Origin: Candidatus Cyclobacteriaceae bacterium M3_2C_046
Lineage (GTDB): Bacteria > Bacteroidota > Bacteroidia > Cytophagales > Cyclobacteriaceae
Assembly (NCBI GenBank): GCA_051418075.1
Contig: JBPRGG010000177.1
Location: 22,749 to 86,748, forward strand
DNA length: 64,000 bases
Direction: 5' to 3'
Numbering within the stretch: the stretch's first letter is position 1; the number at the start of each line of letters is the position of its first letter. Position numbers and translations under genes: made by a program. This document shows positions 20,385 through 31,198 of this stretch, piece by piece. The notes under the pieces were generated by a model that did not search any database, had not been told where the DNA came from, and saw only the letters and a program-made list of their open reading frames with translations.

Positions 20385-23084
20385 ATGATGGAAAGTCCGG
20401 ACTATAACAAGCAAAAATTACTGGAAGAAAAAATCAGTCAATTAGAAGCTGAGAATAATCGTCTTCAACAAAGCTTATGTAGACAAGAGCAAAAACTAAA
20501 GGAATATAATAACTATCTGGATGATATTCCTCAAATGATATCTTATACAGACAAAACATTGAGGTACCGTTTTGTAAATAAAGCTTATGAAAAGAATTTT
20601 TCGGTAAAGGCTGAAGCATTAATTGGACAGGAGATTAAAAATATCATAGGAAAAGAAGCTTTCAATGCGGCTTATCCACACATAAAAAAGGTGCTTGGTG
20701 GGGAAGAGGTGAAATATGTAGAGCATTTGACCTATAAAAACCAGGCAGAAAGAATAATACAAGGCCATTTACTTCCGGATTATCGTAATGGAAGCATTGA
20801 GGGGTATTTTGCTATACTTACAGATATTACAGAGGAACTGGCCCGGCACGAAAAAATAAAACAGGCCGAAGATAAGTTCAGATTGTTTGCTGCCAAATTC
20901 AAGGAGGTGATCTGGACCACCGACCTTTCTTTCAAGGTTACTTTCACGAATGACAACACCCAAAAGGTTTTCGGACTGACGGCCAGTGAGTCAATTGGAA
21001 TGTCCCTCGATCAAATGTTTCCTGAACATTCCCGGCAACAAATCACCCACATTTTTAATCAACAATTGAATAAACTTAAAAATGGTGAGCCAGCGGATAC
21101 TCCGGTAGTGATAGAGGTGGAAGCTGTTCATAAAAAAAATCACCTTATTTGGGTCGAAATAGAAGCAGACTTCCTTTTTAATGAAAATCACCAACCGGTG
21201 GGTCTGGCCGGCCTGACCCGTGATATATCTGAGAGAAAAAGTTACGAACTGGAACTGGCAAAAAGAAAAGAACAGCTACAATTGGTTTGGGATATATCAG
21301 TTGATGGTTTCTTAATATTAAATAGATCTGGCACCATTAAAGAAGTCAACCCAAAATATTGTGAAATGGTGGCAATGTCCCGTGACCAATTAATTAACCA
21401 GCCTTTTACCCTGGTATATCCTCCGGAATTTCGGAACAAGGCTCTTGAAAACTTCAAAAAATTATTTCAGTTGGGAGATCTTGAACAGGTTTTTCAGGTG
21501 GAATTTCATAGATGGGATGGAAAACTTGTTTTTTTGGATGCCAGGATCAAAGAAATGCAATATGAAGGGGAGTGGGCATTTTTATATTGTATCAGAGATA
21601 TTACCAGGCAAAAAGAAGACGAAATAAAACTGCGAAAAAGCGAGGAATTCTTCAGGTTGTTTGCCGACAACTCCAGTGATCTGATTACTATGTTTGAAGA
21701 TGAAAGTCCTGTATATGCCAGCCCGTCTATTAAAGACTTATTGGGTTATGAGCCGGATGAATTTTTGCAGCTTAATCACCTTGATTTAATCCATCCGGAA
21801 GACAGGGAAAAGGTGATAGCACAAATCAGGCAAAGCAAAACCAAAAAGTTCAACCATCGTCTTCGGTATATTTATCGTCAGCAACATAAATGCGGTAAAT
21901 ACCGCTGGTTGGAGACTTTTGAACGTAAAAAGATCACTAAGGGGAACAAGGTTATAACCATCCTGAATACCAGGGATATTACGGAACAAAAAGTGGCCGA
22001 GGAAAACCTGAAAAAAGAGGAACGCAAATTAAAGCTTATTGCTCAAAATATAGATCAGGTTGTATGGTTAAGGGATAATCAACAGTTTCATTATATCAGT
22101 CCTGCTTTTGAAAAAATCTGGGAAATATCTTTAGATAGTCTTCGGTTGAATCCGGATTATTTTATACATTCCATTCATCAGGAAGATCTCCCCAGAATAA
22201 AGGAAAAACTGAAGAATACCCAAAAGAACCAGGGAAAATTTGATGAACAATATCGGATTATCACCCCTGATAAGAAGATCAAATGGATATGGGCCCGAAC
22301 CATACAGGTAGAAGATAATCCTCACTTAAGAGTAGGAGTGGCCCATGATATCACTGCCATTAAAAATTATGAAGAGCAATTGATCCAAGCCAATGAAGAG
22401 CTTGACAGCTTTGTTTACCGGGTGTCTCATGACCTTCGTGCTCCAATTACTTCCGCTTTAGGATTATCAAGATTAATGCAGGTAGAAAAGGATATTAATG
22501 AAATAAACCAGTATGCTCAGCTTCAGGAAAGAAGCTTGCTAAAGCTTGACCATTTTATCCGGGAAATATTGGATTATTCCCGCAATTCCCGTCTGTTTAT
22601 TCAGAAATCAGAAATAGATTTTAAAGCATTGATCGAAGAAATCGTCACCAATCTCAACCAAAATTCCGAATATGCCAAAATTCGATTTCAGCTGAAAATG
22701 GAAAATAATTACCAGTTCGTGAGTGATGCTTTCAGGATCAAGGTGATCATGAACAACCTGATTGCCAATGCTTTTAAATTCCGGAATCCTTATATTTCCC
22801 GGCAGTTGGTAGAAGTGCAGGTAACCATGGGACCCACCACCCAGGTAAAGATCATTGACAATGGACAGGGTATTGCCGAAGAACATCATGGGAAAATCTT
22901 TGAAATGTTCTACCGGGCCACCCAAATGAATTCAGGTTCAGGCATTGGATTATACATTGTGCGGGAATCTCTGAAGAAGATCCATGGAAAAATTGAGGTT
23001 CAGAGTATTTATGGCGAAGGTTCTACCTTTATTCTTACCTTACCTGACTTGAAAAACATGGACAATTCCGTTGAATTATCTTAA
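20385..23084 (+). CDS. multi-PAS sensor histidine kinase (cytoplasmic, no receiver domain)
   Basis: N-terminal coiled coil, about five PAS/PAC repeats, H-box SHDLRAPITSALG, and N/G boxes of the HATPase domain (DNGQGI...GSGIGLYIV). Confidence 0.85.
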   Translation: MMESPDYNKQKLLEEKISQLEAENNRLQQSLCRQEQKLKEYNNYLDDIPQMISYTDKTLRYRFVNKAYEKNFSVKAEALIGQEIKNIIGKEAFNAAYPHIKKVLGGEEVKYVEHLTYKNQAERIIQGHLLPDYRNGSIEGYFAILTDITEELARHEKIKQAEDKFRLFAAKFKEVIWTTDLSFKVTFTNDNTQKVFGLTASESIGMSLDQMFPEHSRQQITHIFNQQLNKLKNGEPADTPVVIEVEAVHKKNHLIWVEIEADFLFNENHQPVGLAGLTRDISERKSYELELAKRKEQLQLVWDISVDGFLILNRSGTIKEVNPKYCEMVAMSRDQLINQPFTLVYPPEFRNKALENFKKLFQLGDLEQVFQVEFHRWDGKLVFLDARIKEMQYEGEWAFLYCIRDITRQKEDEIKLRKSEEFFRLFADNSSDLITMFEDESPVYASPSIKDLLGYEPDEFLQLNHLDLIHPEDREKVIAQIRQSKTKKFNHRLRYIYRQQHKCGKYRWLETFERKKITKGNKVITILNTRDITEQKVAEENLKKEERKLKLIAQNIDQVVWLRDNQQFHYISPAFEKIWEISLDSLRLNPDYFIHSIHQEDLPRIKEKLKNTQKNQGKFDEQYRIITPDKKIKWIWARTIQVEDNPHLRVGVAHDITAIKNYEEQLIQANEELDSFVYRVSHDLRAPITSALGLSRLMQVEKDINEINQYAQLQERSLLKLDHFIREILDYSRNSRLFIQKSEIDFKALIEEIVTNLNQNSEYAKIRFQLKMENNYQFVSDAFRIKVIMNNLIANAFKFRNPYISRQLVEVQVTMGPTTQVKIIDNGQGIAEEHHGKIFEMFYRATQMNSGSGIGLYIVRESLKKIHGKIEVQSIYGEGSTFILTLPDLKNMDNSVELS

Positions 23085-23099
23085 CCCTTGAAGAAATTT

Positions 23100-23726
23100 T
23101 ACTCTTTGCTGTACCTTCCATTGCTCCGCGCTGAACAAGTAGCCTAAACTGGAAATCCGCCGGGGATACCAAAATCCAATCCAGCTTTCTGTGGCATCAT
23201 GGGCCCCATCATTATAGGTATTGGGATTAGTTATATTTCAATCAAAGGTATAATGTGCAGTGGAGGGTAGTATACCATACCAGTAAGATGCCACCAGGTC
23301 TGATACCATCACTTTGCTAAACCAGGTTACGCTTTCCTCTGAAGAAAGCTTGATTCCATAAGTTTAAAATGGTTCCCACTGCCTTCAGCCATACTGGCCA
23401 GAGACAGGTAAGTTTGGGAAGCAGCGATATCCCTGAATAGCAGCAGATCGGTTTTTCTGCCATAATTTCCAGGAGCGAAGCCTGCTTTTTCGGGCTGGAT
23501 CATAAGGGATCTTATTCAGACCCACATTTACCCGCCCGGAAAGGTCCTGGCTTGTATTGTTGGAATAGAGAATGATCAGATAAAAAAGTGGAGTAATCTG
23601 TGTTTTAATTAAGGCTTCCTGTCCCAGATTGTCAGTAGGAGTAAATGGAGAAACCAGTGTAGCTGAAACATGTAAGCCATCTTTATTATGTCGGGATATT
23701 TTCATAGAGGTCACTCCCAAAACCAA
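23100..23726 (-). pseudogene. decayed gene remnant, possibly SusD/RagB-like, broken by multiple frameshifts
   Basis: Only a 113-aa ORF survives (23385-23726). Adjacent frames give protein-like fragments (…SEESVTWFSKVMVSDLVASYWYGILP…, …NITNPNTYNDGAHDATESWIGFWYP…SLGYLFSAEQW…) separated by stops. Lies immediately upstream of a GH42 gene. Confidence 0.4.
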
Positions 23727-23796
23727 TTACTAATTAATATAATGAAATTTGAGCTCTGATTTTTAATTAATAGATTTACCCAAAAGTCTGAAAATT

Positions 23797-25896
23797 ATGA
23801 AAAATATCTGGATCATCTTGATCTTTTTTTTAAGCCCTTTATTACATCTTTCTGGCCAGAACAGTGATGAAAATTTTTTTAATCAGGAAATGATGCCGAT
23901 TGGAGCCTATTATTATCCCGAGCATTGGCCTTCAGAGCAGTGGGAATGGGATTTGACTAAAATGGCTGATCTGGGATTCCAGTTTACCCATTTTGGGGAA
24001 TTTGCCTGGTCTATGATGGAGCCGGAGGAAGGCAAGTTTAATTTTGAATGGTTGGATAGGGCTGTTTCGCTGGCTAATAAAAATGGTTTGAAAGTGATCA
24101 TGTGTACCCCAACACCTACACCACCAGCCTGGCTGACCCATAAACATCCGGAAATTTTGATTGTAAATGATCAGGGAATACAGCAGCAGCATGGTTCCAG
24201 ATTGCATGTTTCCTACAATCACCCAGTGTACCTGGATTATGTAGAAAAAATCGTAACAGAACTAGGCCGGCGATATGGCCAGGACGATCGTATCTGGGGC
24301 TGGCAGCTGGATAATGAACCCCATTATGGTACCCTGTACGATTATTCAGACTACCAGGAAAATGCTTTCCAGCAATGGCTCCAGCAAAAATATCATTCCA
24401 TTGATCAATTGAATAAGGCCTGGGGAGCTGCTTTCTGGAGCCAGAATTATAATGATTTTTCTCAAATACAGATACCTAATGCCAAAAAGGCTCCACAGGG
24501 AGCAAACCAACATGCTTTACTTGATTTTCAACGGTTTACCGCTGATGAACTGGCTCAGGCCCTTAGGTTTCAGGCTAATATATTAAGAAAATTGATTTCC
24601 TCTGATCAGTGGATCACTACCAATTATGCTTACTTTAAATTTTTACCTTCAGTAGACCTGTTTCGTAACAGGGATGATCTCGATTTTGCTTCTCATACAA
24701 TGTACCTGCTTAGTACCGCCCTAAATTACCCTGAAGGTAGGCTGGGCCACCGACTGGGTAGTGGACTGGAATTGGCTTTTTCCAATGAAATGGCAAAATC
24801 TGTCAATGGCTATACTGGAATCATGGAACTACAGCCAGGACAAATTAACTGGGGGCAATATAATGCCCAGCCCCTGCCCGGAGCAGTGAAAATGTGGATC
24901 TGGCACAGCTTTGCTTTAGGAGATGAATTTACCTGCACTTACCGTTTCCGTCAGCCCTTATTTGGCAGTGAACAATTTCACAAGGGCATATTGGAGCCGG
25001 ATGGAATCACCGTTTCTCCTGGTGGCAAAGAATACCTGGAAGCAATAAGCGAAATCAAAAGTTTATCTGAAACCTCAGCAAAAGAACCAAATGAATATGC
25101 TGGCAGACGCACTGCTTTTTTGTGGAACCAGGATAACCTGTGGGACATAGAAAATTACCGGCATCATCAGGATTGGGATACCTGGCAACATTATTATCGG
25201 TATTATGAAATATTGAAAATGATGGGGGCACCGGTGACTTTCCTAACTGAGCAGGATGAATTTGATCAGGAAAAATATCCTTTTATGGTTGCACCGGCTT
25301 ATCAGTTGGTGAATGATCAATTGATTGACAGGTGGAAAAATTATGTGCAGAAGGGAGGTCATTTGATATTGACCAGTCGAACCGGAATGAAAGATAAAAA
25401 GGGCCATCTATGGGAAAAACCCTTACAGGCACCGGTTTATGATCTGATTGGGGCCCGCATAAAGTATTACGATCACCTGCCTCCGGGCCAAAAAGGGCAG
25501 CTGAGATTTGGTCAGCAGTCTTATGATTGGAAAATATGGGGAGACATTTTAGAGCCTGCATCAGGAGAAACCTGGGCCACTTATCAGGACCAGTTTTATG
25601 AAGGGAAATCTGCCATAGTGCATCACAAAACAGGAATGGGCAGTGTAACTTATATAGGAGCCTGGTCAGATAAGGGCGATCTGGAGAATCATACGCTTAG
25701 GCAGGTTTTTCAGCAAAAGGCAACCAAAGTGCTGGATCAGCTGCCTTATGTATTTACCGAATGGAGAGACGGTTATTGGGTAACAGTGAATTATCGTTCT
25801 GAACCGGTGGAGGCCCATATTTCTGACAATGCCACCATCTTATTTGGGCAAAAACTTTTACAACCGGGGCAATATGTAGTGTGGCAGGAGAATTAA
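23797..25896 (+). CDS. glycoside hydrolase family 42 beta-galactosidase, secreted
   Basis: Signal peptide; GH42 N-terminal signature YYYPEHWPSEQWEWDLTKMADLGFQF...MEPEEGKFNFEWLD...CTPTPTPPAWL; catalytic WQLDNEPH. Confidence 0.8.
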   Translation: MKNIWIILIFFLSPLLHLSGQNSDENFFNQEMMPIGAYYYPEHWPSEQWEWDLTKMADLGFQFTHFGEFAWSMMEPEEGKFNFEWLDRAVSLANKNGLKVIMCTPTPTPPAWLTHKHPEILIVNDQGIQQQHGSRLHVSYNHPVYLDYVEKIVTELGRRYGQDDRIWGWQLDNEPHYGTLYDYSDYQENAFQQWLQQKYHSIDQLNKAWGAAFWSQNYNDFSQIQIPNAKKAPQGANQHALLDFQRFTADELAQALRFQANILRKLISSDQWITTNYAYFKFLPSVDLFRNRDDLDFASHTMYLLSTALNYPEGRLGHRLGSGLELAFSNEMAKSVNGYTGIMELQPGQINWGQYNAQPLPGAVKMWIWHSFALGDEFTCTYRFRQPLFGSEQFHKGILEPDGITVSPGGKEYLEAISEIKSLSETSAKEPNEYAGRRTAFLWNQDNLWDIENYRHHQDWDTWQHYYRYYEILKMMGAPVTFLTEQDEFDQEKYPFMVAPAYQLVNDQLIDRWKNYVQKGGHLILTSRTGMKDKKGHLWEKPLQAPVYDLIGARIKYYDHLPPGQKGQLRFGQQSYDWKIWGDILEPASGETWATYQDQFYEGKSAIVHHKTGMGSVTYIGAWSDKGDLENHTLRQVFQQKATKVLDQLPYVFTEWRDGYWVTVNYRSEPVEAHISDNATILFGQKLLQPGQYVVWQEN

Positions 25897-26245
25897 GTTT
25901 ATTGAACCAAAGAAACCTGGTTTTGATAAGGAAAAATCGTTAGCGACCACAGACTATCATAGTTCTTTTGCGATTGCTATTTGAGAATGAAACCTCATAT
26001 TAATTGTTATTTTTTATAATTTCGGTATATTATTAAAAGAATTAAATTCAGATAAACACTTACTCATTTCCTAGTATCAAATTTTTTTTTATTGTCCCTG
26101 CTTTTAAACTTTGCATATTGGTTTTGTTATATAGTATTTTTAATTAAATCTTACATCTTAAGGAAAATAACTTTATTAGGAATATTTAATAGTCTGATTT
26201 TGATTAATTTGGCTCCTGAAATTTCCACCTTCTTATCCTTGAAAT

Positions 26246-27394
26246 ATGAGTGCCATATCAAAATTTGCTCCCCCGGAAAAGAACTCAGATGAGGAAATCA
26301 GAAATGATTTCGATCTTATCCATGGTCAGACTTATTTGAATGACCTTTTCAATGCTATAGCCAGTGCTGCTGTTATCCTTAATAGCCACCGGCAGATTGT
26401 ATTCGCCAATCAGAATTTTTTGGAAATTTTAGGTCTTGATCGTATTGAACCTATTCTAGGTAAAAGGCCGGGTGAAACCATCAACTGTATAAATTCAATG
26501 AATAATACTGGTGGTTGTGGTACTTCGGAAAATTGCCGGGTATGTGGTGCGGTGAATGCTATTTTGGCTAGCCAGAAAGGACATCAAAGGGTTCAGAAAG
26601 ATGCCCTTATTACTTCCAAAGTGAATGAAATAACAGCCAGTTGGGATTTAATGGTTACCGCACATCCAATCAGCATAGAATTCAATACTTATACAGTTTT
26701 AACCCTGCAGGATATCAGTCATAGCAAGCGAAAGCTGAATATGGAACGTGTTTTTTTTCATGATATCTATAATTCGGTGGGAGGGGTGAATGGATTGATC
26801 AACCTGGTAAAAAACATGGATAATAAAAATGATGGGGCAGAACTGATCAATCTATCCTACAAATTGAGTCAGCAGCTTCTGGAGGAGATTTCTTCCTACA
26901 GGTATTTTGCCCTGGCCGAAAAAGGTGAACTGGAATTGGATATTCAAAAATTGAATACAAATTCCTTCTTAAAAGACATGGTAGATAAAATAAGATTCCA
27001 CAAAGTAGCAGATAATAAGCTGATTGAAATAGATCCGGAATCCAGCGATATTTTTATTAAAACGGATCCCACCATCCTGTCCCGAATCGTACTGAATATG
27101 CTAAAAAATGCTCTGGAAGCTACAATTGATGGTTATGAAGTAAAAATTGGAGCTGCCTTGCTTGAATCAGGACGGTTGAGATTTTGGGTACATAATGTTA
27201 CCTACATTGTAAAAGATATTCAGATGCAGATCTTTCAAAGGTCCTTTTCCACCAAAGGTAAAAATCGGGGAATAGGAACCTACAGCATCAAGTTATTGGG
27301 AGAGAAATACCTCAAGGGTAAAGTGGGTTTTACTACGGATGAAAATAAGGGTACTGTTTTTTATATTGATTTGCCTTTAGAATTATCGGAATAG
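26246..27394 (+). CDS. cytoplasmic sensor histidine kinase with a Cys4 insert in the N-terminal PAS-like domain
   Basis: H-box FHDIYNSVGGVNGL and HATPase G-boxes (GIGTYSIKLLG...GTVFYIDLP). Unusual C-x9-C-G-x4-C-x2-C cluster (aa 81-100, nt 26486-26545). Confidence 0.75.
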   Translation: MSAISKFAPPEKNSDEEIRNDFDLIHGQTYLNDLFNAIASAAVILNSHRQIVFANQNFLEILGLDRIEPILGKRPGETINCINSMNNTGGCGTSENCRVCGAVNAILASQKGHQRVQKDALITSKVNEITASWDLMVTAHPISIEFNTYTVLTLQDISHSKRKLNMERVFFHDIYNSVGGVNGLINLVKNMDNKNDGAELINLSYKLSQQLLEEISSYRYFALAEKGELELDIQKLNTNSFLKDMVDKIRFHKVADNKLIEIDPESSDIFIKTDPTILSRIVLNMLKNALEATIDGYEVKIGAALLESGRLRFWVHNVTYIVKDIQMQIFQRSFSTKGKNRGIGTYSIKLLGEKYLKGKVGFTTDENKGTVFYIDLPLELSE

Positions 27395-27615
27395 TGAATT
27401 TTTGATAGTTTCCGCTGCAAATAACTTAATCTGGCTGCATTTTAACTTACATATTTGGTATAAGCAGCAATCCATTTACCATTAAGATGAAATCTTCAAT
27501 TAATTATTGGGCAGTTTTAGTTTGCTATCCTCGGTCAGCGGTCAAAGAATAAAGCTCGTTTTTACATAAAACCCAAATTCTTGGCTATTTTTACCAAATA
27601 TTAATATCCACGATC

Positions 27616-28410
27616 ATGAACAAAAACCTAATCATTTATCCGGTAAGCCTGTTGATTTTTACCCTGTTTAATTATTGCAGCCCATCCCAATCCAAAGAAA
27701 ATGAATGGATTCAATTGTTTAACGGCCAGGATCTTTCTGGTTGGACTCCAAAAATAAGAGGATATGCCATGGGTGAAAATTTCGGTAATACCTTTAAAGT
27801 GGAAGATGGCCTGCTTAAGGTATCTTATGAGGGCTATGATAAATTTAATCAACGATTTGGTCATTTGTTCTATGAAAATGAATTTTCAAATTATCTCTTC
27901 AGGGCTGAATATCGTTTTGTAGGTGATCAGTGCCCGGAAGGACCAGGATGGGCCATACGCAATAGTGGAGTGATGATCCATGGCCAGGATCCTTCCACAA
28001 TGACCAAAGATCAAAGTTTTCCTGTTTCCATAGAGGTTCAGTTATTAGGAGGAAATGGGACAGACCCCAGAACTACCGGTAATTTATGCACTCCAGGCAC
28101 TAATGTGGTGATGGATGAAGAGCTATTTACTACTCATTGTATTAATTCCAGTTCTCAAACCTACCATGGGGATCAATGGGTAACTGTAGAAATCGAAGTA
28201 AGGGGAAATCAACTGATCAAACATATTATCAATGGAGATACAGTGCTAAATTATAAGCAACCCCAACTTGATCCGGAAGATCCTGATGCTCAAAGATTAT
28301 TGGAAAAGGGTAGTTCACTTATGCTTACCGGAGGCACTATTTCGCTACAATCGGAAAGCCATCCCATAGAGTTCAGAAAAGTTGAATTGATGCCTTTGGA
28401 GGAGAGGTAA
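27616..28410 (+). CDS. DUF1080 (3-keto-disaccharide hydrolase-like, concanavalin-type) secreted protein
   Basis: Signal peptide; WIQLFNGQDLSGWTPK N-terminus and C-terminal ISLQSESHPIEFRKVEL, both typical of DUF1080. Confidence 0.6.
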   Translation: MNKNLIIYPVSLLIFTLFNYCSPSQSKENEWIQLFNGQDLSGWTPKIRGYAMGENFGNTFKVEDGLLKVSYEGYDKFNQRFGHLFYENEFSNYLFRAEYRFVGDQCPEGPGWAIRNSGVMIHGQDPSTMTKDQSFPVSIEVQLLGGNGTDPRTTGNLCTPGTNVVMDEELFTTHCINSSSQTYHGDQWVTVEIEVRGNQLIKHIINGDTVLNYKQPQLDPEDPDAQRLLEKGSSLMLTGGTISLQSESHPIEFRKVELMPLEER

Positions 28411-28478
28411 TTGGAAATGTTAAAGCATTCCATCAAGGCACCAGATCGGGCCTGCCGGTTTTTATCAATAATAAAAGG

Positions 28479-29351
28479 TTACACTTTGATCTTAATGTTT
28501 AATTCGGTTTCCGTTTTTTCTTTAAAATAGTTTAACAGCTTGAGCATAGCCACCTCATCGGTTTGATGCATAAAAAAGTAGACTTCTTCCAGACCATGTT
28601 CAGACCATTGCTTTATTCGTTCTACCCATTGATCGATCCTTTGATAATCAGATGCATGAAGATTATTGCCTACAAATCTCACCATAATCCTGCTGGTAGA
28701 CACCATCATATGAACTACATCTCTGCGACCAGGAGCATCGGTAATCACCAGAAAAAACCCCTTCTCCTTCAGTTGATGATAAGTCTCTTCCATCAATTGT
28801 GGCTGGGAAAACCAATCGGGATGCCTTATTTCCACTGCAAACGATATATCCCGGGGCAGCCGGTCAATATATTTTTGGAAATCTTCCGATTTTTTAGGAG
28901 CAAATCGATCAGATAATTGCATAAAAATAATTCCCAGTTTTTGATCCAACTGATATACCCTGCTGAGAAAATCATCTGTCAGCCTTTCTGTATTACGAAG
29001 GTAATAACGATGGGTGATGGATTGATAAAGTTTGGGACAAAACTTAAAATGATCAGGTACCTGGTTTTTCCATTTATTGATCCAGGATTCCGGAGGAAAT
29101 CGATGGAAGGTAGCATTGAGTTCTATAGAATTAAATAAGCGGGTATATTGAGTTAGAAAATCTTTTTCCCTGGCTTCCTGAGGATAAATAGTACCTATCC
29201 ACTCTTTTTTACCAAATTTGGTGCCTCCGAAATAGACCTTAACCGGTTGTTTGGCAGAAATATATGCTTTAAAGTAATGATCTGTTAATGGGTGATCTGC
29301 TGGTAAACTAAGATCCTCTGACTGAAAATCTGTTGTACGACCAAATTTCAT
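28479..29351 (-). CDS. DUF72 (YecE-like) family protein
   Basis: VYFGGTKFGKKEWIGTIYP...FNSIELNATFHRFP matches the DUF72 signature. Confidence 0.7.
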   Translation of the reverse strand: MKFGRTTDFQSEDLSLPADHPLTDHYFKAYISAKQPVKVYFGGTKFGKKEWIGTIYPQEAREKDFLTQYTRLFNSIELNATFHRFPPESWINKWKNQVPDHFKFCPKLYQSITHRYYLRNTERLTDDFLSRVYQLDQKLGIIFMQLSDRFAPKKSEDFQKYIDRLPRDISFAVEIRHPDWFSQPQLMEETYHQLKEKGFFLVITDAPGRRDVVHMMVSTSRIMVRFVGNNLHASDYQRIDQWVERIKQWSEHGLEEVYFFMHQTDEVAMLKLLNYFKEKTETELNIKIKV

Positions 29352-29722
29352 TTTTTTTTAAAAAAACAACCTTTAGATCAGATTGTTTTCCTTTTCTGCC
29401 TTTTGGTCTGGAATTGTTTATTTCAATGTTTGCTGATTGATCCAGTATTTACAGGCAATGATCAGTTTATCCCAACTTTTCAGCTTATTCAGGCTTTTGC
29501 CACTATAACTGGGTAAAACTTTGTTACTTATCCAAAATAACATCATAGAAAGTCGTCGTTTAATCATTTTGATCACCGTATAGTGGTTTTTTCTAAAATG
29601 TACTATATTAATATTAAGCCAAATCAAGGTATGGAAAAATGTAATCAACAAACAGGAAATTTAAAAAACTTATTTTTATCATACTATGAACAAAAAACAG
29701 TTCTTATATTTGTTTTGAAGAT

Positions 29723-30424
29723 ATGAAAAAAAACCATTATGTTGCACTTATATTGATCATTATGTCTGGTTTTATGCAATGTACTCCTTCATCTAACCAG
29801 GATTTCGAACTCCAACCAGGAGATCTTTTATTTCAGGATGGTGATTGTGGTGATTTTTGCCAGGCCATCCGGGCTGTGACCCAGGGAGTTGATGGACATG
29901 ATTTTTCTCATGTGGGGATTGTATATCCTTCAGAACAATCGAAATATAAAGTACTTGAAGCCATTTCTGAAGGTGTGGTTTTTACACCCATTGATCAGTT
30001 TTTACAAAGAAATAGAGATACTGAAGGACGGCCGAAAGTGGTAGTGGGCAGGCTTAAGCAACCCTATCAATCTCTCATACCAAAAGCATTGCAAAATGGC
30101 CTCCAATACTTGCATAAGCCGTATGACGATGTTTTTGATATCAATAATGATGCCTACTATTGTTCTGAACTTGTTTATTACATGTTTTTACAGGCCAATC
30201 AGCAACAACCAGTTTTTGAATTAAATCCTATGACTTTCAAAGACCCTTATACCGGGACTACTTTTCCAGTTTGGGTGGAATATTATCGTAACCTGGATCA
30301 GGCTATTCCGGAAGGTCAGCCTGGATTGAATCCAGGTAGTATATCCCGCTCGGAAAAGCTGGAAATATTCTATCCATACACCAATTTTCATAAACAAATG
30401 ACTGTATTGGAGTCAGGTAATTAA
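29723..30424 (+). CDS. YaeF/YiiX-like permuted papain-fold (NlpC/P60-related) protein, lipoprotein-like signal
   Basis: GDLLFQDGD...FSHVGIVY and the Cys-containing YYCSELVYYMF, arranged as in the YiiX family; N-terminal signal with Cys. Confidence 0.5.
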   Translation: MKKNHYVALILIIMSGFMQCTPSSNQDFELQPGDLLFQDGDCGDFCQAIRAVTQGVDGHDFSHVGIVYPSEQSKYKVLEAISEGVVFTPIDQFLQRNRDTEGRPKVVVGRLKQPYQSLIPKALQNGLQYLHKPYDDVFDINNDAYYCSELVYYMFLQANQQQPVFELNPMTFKDPYTGTTFPVWVEYYRNLDQAIPEGQPGLNPGSISRSEKLEIFYPYTNFHKQMTVLESGN

Positions 30425-30576
30425 GAAAACAGGGGAATATTTTTAGCTGAGACTCTAAACCAAACATCCGTAGTGATTATTCACTAAGATATTCCTGATT
30501 TTTTTGTCATAATAAATGTTTTTTTTATTATTATTTTATTCTATCTTTCCTAAGAAATCACAATAAAAGTTGAATT

Positions 30577-31164
30577 ATGATGGCTAACCTGGCTGATTGG
30601 TGGAGTTTATTAGCTACTGTGGAAAAATTTTATTGGGCTTTGGCTGTTCCATTTACCTTGATCTTTATTTTCCAAATGATCCTCTCTTTGACCGGAGGCG
30701 ATGCAGACGTTGATTCTGACCTGGATGCTGATACAGATGCAGATCATGGAGATGGGTTTCATCTTTTTTCCCTGAAAAATCTGGTTGGGTTTTTCACTGT
30801 CTTTTCCTGGACCGGAATAGCTGCCTTGCAATCCAACATGGCCCTTTTTCTGGTTATAGTCATTTCATTGATATCAGGATTGATTATGATGGTTGTAATG
30901 GCCTCTATGTTTTATTTTATGGCCAAATTAACTGATAGTGGCACCATGGACATGTGGAATGCAGTGGGACAAACCGGGGAAGTATACCTTTTTATTCCGG
31001 CCCGCAGAAATAAAAGCGGTAAGATCATGGTTAATGTACAGGGAACCCTGCGAGAGTTGGATGCCATCACTGATGATGTCGAGGATATCCCTACCGGAAG
31101 CATGGTACAGGTGTTGGATATCATCAATAACCAACTGCTGTTGGTAACTAAAAATCTATTCTAA
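30577..31164 (+). CDS. NfeD-like membrane protein (YqiJ-type) with a C-terminal OB-fold
   Basis: Two to three TM helices and an acidic D-rich loop (DADVDSDLDADTDADHGD). C-terminal GEVYLFIPA...GKIMVNVQGTLREL...GSMVQVLDI OB-fold, immediately upstream of flotillin. Confidence 0.6.
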   Translation: MMANLADWWSLLATVEKFYWALAVPFTLIFIFQMILSLTGGDADVDSDLDADTDADHGDGFHLFSLKNLVGFFTVFSWTGIAALQSNMALFLVIVISLISGLIMMVVMASMFYFMAKLTDSGTMDMWNAVGQTGEVYLFIPARRNKSGKIMVNVQGTLRELDAITDDVEDIPTGSMVQVLDIINNQLLLVTKNLF

Positions 31165-31198
31165 AATTTCAACTAAATCATTTAAAAATTATTAAACC

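Noticed and set aside
28411-28478. Possible terminator between the convergent DUF1080 and DUF72 genes (gggcctgccggttttt)
   Set aside because: The stem is only 3-4 bp despite the following T-run, which is too weak to call.
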